Assembly: GCA_965202585.1 (NCBI GenBank)
Contig: OZ241831.1
Coordinates: 43,338,001 to 43,402,000 of the forward strand
Length of the DNA stretch: 64,000 nt
From: Thalia democratica
Taxonomy: Eukaryota
Reading direction: 5' to 3'
The notes below the pieces were generated by a model. That model was not told the DNA's origin, ran no database searches, and worked only from the letters and a program-made list of their open reading frames with translations. This document shows positions 60,401 through 64,000 of this stretch, piece by piece. A program made the position numbers and the translations under genes. Position 1 is the first letter of the stretch. Each line of letters begins with the position of its first letter.

Positions 60401-63400
60401 TTGTTCTACACTTTTTGTTGAGAAATAAAAAAAACTTAAAAAAGTCTTCTTAAAACTTTATCACTTAAATTGGTAGATTTTGTTACTTACACACTTGTTT
60501 AAATTAAATATTTCGCCCGTAAGGGAATATACAAATAGCTAGTTAATAAATATTGATTAACATTACAGTTGGTGATTTTAAACATAACTTCCATTTAAAA
60601 AATAAAATATTATTATCATTATTATTATATTGTTTATTGTGCAATGTTGGACTCAGGCATCAAAACTTGAGCCACTTAAACAGGACACACAAAAAGAGAA
60701 AAAGAAAATAAACTTATATTCAAAACTTTAAGATAAAACTAGTTTGCAAACTTTTTCATAACCAAAACAAAAACAAAATAAAACTAATTGTAATGTTTTC
60801 ACGGTAGCAAAACAAAAATTACTAAAATGAGTTTTGTAAAAAATAGATCGATTTATTTGTTTTTAGTATAGTCTAATGTCTTGTAAATTCTCGCTACAAA
60901 CAAACTCAAAACTAAAAAGATTGTAAAACAGAATAACTAAATATAAACAAAACAAAAATAGTTACTAAATTTTTGTATAAAAACTTTCAAAAAGACTCAA
61001 AATAACTTTTAAAACTGTAAAATCTTTTACTTTTTACTAAACCAAAACGCTTTGTCAAAGTAAAAATTTTCAGTTGTATTTGGAAAGTTTGCTTCAAACT
61101 TTTGACTGAATTCATTTTTATTAAATTTCCTATCTCATTTCTCACTTACTTTCCTCTTTCGTTTGTCACCTTTTTTTTTCAAAAGTTCTCTTGTTTTAAT
61201 AAACTTGAGATCAACTTACAAAAACTTTGTAAAATGAACAATAATAATGTTCTGTAATTATAACTATTAAGGATCTACAGCTAATGCTACTATTTTTTAT
61301 TAAAGTAAACCTATGAATTTAAATTGTTTAACAGTAACGCACATTCAATTAATTATTTATAGAATTTATTCATCATCTAACGTAATATTCTGTTGACACA
61401 GTTTACCTAAATAGGGTGTCTTTACATTTTTTTTTTTAAATAGAAGTGAAGTTAACAAGCAAATACACTTCTAAAGGCAGTTTTACTTTACTTTTTTCAT
61501 GTGTAATATAACTCAAACTATTTTATCTTGTTATTTACTGTTATTTTAAATTATTTTTTTACTAATATTATCATTATGTTTGGTTTTATTTTTAGCTAGT
61601 AATTGAATTTTATAATAATGAAATTTATACTTAAGCTATATAAATAAACTATAGTATACTACCAATATAAGTTTATATTTTTATACCAAGTTGTTTACAG
61701 TCGTGTTACACTGTTAAGGCATGCAAAAAAGTTTTTCTAAAATTAACATCTAAAATAAAAAAGAATATCTTTACGGCTGTTTGCACACAAAACTAAAATA
61801 ACTAACTCAAAAATCAATTTAAAATCGTTTTATAAAACATAGTAAATGTAACTTAGTTTCAATAAAAACTTGCTGAATTAATTTTGTAACTATAGACATT
61901 ACCCGACAAAATTTATTCTAGAATCGATCATAAAAAGATCATAGGCACAAAATAATCTAACAAAAGAGCTTTCTAGCGCAAGTCAAACATCAATATTTAG
62001 TTTTTTTTTTTTTCGCCACATTTTTGTCAACAATATCACTTATTTTAAAACAGAAGTTTTATATTTTACACGTTAAAAACGCAGTAAGAACTTTCATGAG
62101 TCAACATTTATTTGAAGCCGTTTCAGCTGCTTGTGACCACGAAAGTTTCAATATTTTAATCAAAGATATTTTAACGACCTAAGTAAATAGTACAAGGGGT
62201 TGAACAATACATCTTAAGCATATCGAAAGTGCTCAAGTAACCCTCGAAGCGACCACTTGAGCACATAAGTCTCAATGATGACACAAGTACCAGCGGTATG
62301 TATGTGTATATGTTGTCTATTTCGAGTTAGGGTTCATTTCTTAAGCTTTCATTTTTTCAAAAATATTTTGCAAACAGTTTAGATTTTTGAGTCATGACAT
62401 ATTTTCTTTGTTTTGGTTCAAAACTTTTATTTTAATTAGTTTGTAGTTTTTTGCTTTTGAAAATGTGTAGTGAACATATAAAGAACCAGAATAAGTTTAT
62501 CAAAAGTGGACTTTGTACAAACAAATGTATATAACACACAAAAAGTTTATCTAAGTTTGTATGCTTTGTTTAGAGTGTTATTACTTTAAACAAAGTCAAA
62601 ATAAAATAAATTTAACCACTATTTTTGATAATTTTGAATAAAATCTGGCAGCATAATTAATTTAAATAACATATTTAAAGTTATACAATGCTACAGTAAA
62701 ACCTACATTATGCTAACGAAAATTCTTTAAACTGCTTAAAAAATCGAAAGTTTAAAAAGTTTAAATGCTTTTAGTAAAGTAATAAAAAAATTTAAACTTC
62801 ATGACTATAAAATATCGATGCTGATATTTTTAGTTTCAATTATCAAATTTGATCCATGAATTTAAGAATACTTATTTATATTTTGTGACATTTAAACTTA
62901 TAGGTTAATTTACATAGTGGTATTTGACAAGTATTAAATTAATCAGTTTATCTGAGATAAAATATTAATTAAAAAAAATATATATATAGTCTTTTGTAAA
63001 ACAGTAGAAATGTTTTTTACTATGTTAAAGTAGTAAATTATTTAATACTTAAAAAAGACTTTTTATACTTAGTATTATTATCAAATAGGATTTTAAAAAA
63101 GAACTGGTTTCAATTTAATTACATTGTTTTCTCGCTTCGGGCAGCAAAACAGCAAGAAAAAGCTTTGAACTTCGTTGATACAATTCTGTATCGAAAGTCG
63201 ACCACCGTAAAGCAGAAACTCTCAACAAATTTGAGCTTGAGAGATTAACTTGACAGTTGAAACAACTTTAACATAAGTGCCACCTACCTGCATGAGTGAC
63301 ATCTCAACTTTATCGCCACCAATCGGTCGCCACCGGTGACATGACAACCAAACAAAATCCAATTAAATAAACTCTTATTTCCATCTATGAGAAATTCGAA

Positions 63401-64000
63401 ACTAACTTGTGTGTGTATTTGTGTTTGTTAGTACAATTAGTGAAAAATTCAACTGACGTTATGTATTTTTCTCAATAGTTTTTTTTTAACGTACAACAAA
63501 ATAATTTACTGTGATGTTTAAATTGTTTAAAAGTTAAAAAGTAAAAAAAAATAGGGTGTAAGTTTGAATTTTGTAAATTATTAAGTTAGGAAAAGTTAAC
63601 TAAAGATCAACTGTCAGTTTAATTAATGAAGCTAAAGCAAACATTTATTTTGAAACTATCTCTAAATTTGTGTTCGAAAATCAAATATAAGCTCCCCTTA
63701 AAAAAATTCAGCAACATACTCATTTTGAAAATTTTAACAAAGCCAAAAATTGTTTTCAGTAAATAAGTTACGACCACCTACGCTCACAACAGTTTATCTT
63801 TTTATCTGATAATTTGCTTCTTAAGCAACGTATAAGCACATCAGCAACTTTGCAAGTACTTAGCAGCCCGACGATTTTACGCTGTTATGAAAAACAAAGA
63901 GCTGGAGATGTTATCGCGCCATTCATTGTAGTAATTTCTTGTCTATCTTTGTGTTAATCACAACGGGTATTACTTACGTCTCATCAGTGAAACTGTCATT

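Larger units (their letters stand above)
44690..61195. repeat. Segmental duplication unit B, paralogous to 3439-19435
   Basis: Same ordered matches as unit A; continues without a break into block U at ~61270-64000. Confidence 0.95.

Noticed and set aside
1-64000. CRISPR arrays, rRNA/tRNA genes, operons or phage genes
   Set aside because: No repeat-spacer arrays or RNA-gene signatures seen; the architecture is spliceosomal eukaryotic. The remaining short AT-rich ORFs (e.g. 4202, 19517, 33018, 41584, 58500) are K/F/L/I-rich noise.

Overview
Very AT-rich, intron-containing invertebrate animal DNA; the species cannot be named from sequence alone, and there are no prokaryotic, CRISPR, rRNA or tRNA signals. 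The window holds part of a tandem array of Lmx1-type LIM-homeobox genes on the minus strand. Two complete, apparently intact paralogues can be assembled by hand: copy A 6705-15873 (~485 aa) and copy B 49153-57448 (~494 aa). Each has 9 coding exons in identical phases, and 8 of the 9 have identical lengths. Bases 1-3330 are collinear with 61270-64000, the region upstream of copy B, which predicts a third copy just left of the window and a basic unit of ~19 kb. Divergence between A and B is a mosaic. A ~3.3 kb tract covering the LIM2 exons and adjacent introns is near-identical (likely gene conversion), while the introns around the homeobox are unalignable. The ~25 kb between the copies replaces copy A's upstream block. 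It contains several hAT-like TIR elements, MITEs and foldbacks, decayed CR1-like and Penelope-like retroelements, an intronless calpain-like gene with an unusual Cys-His-Asp triad and an internal GC-rich island, and an Asp/Ala-repeat ORF sitting exactly at the duplication breakpoint. All gene models, alignments and counts were made by eye and need computational or RNA confirmation.
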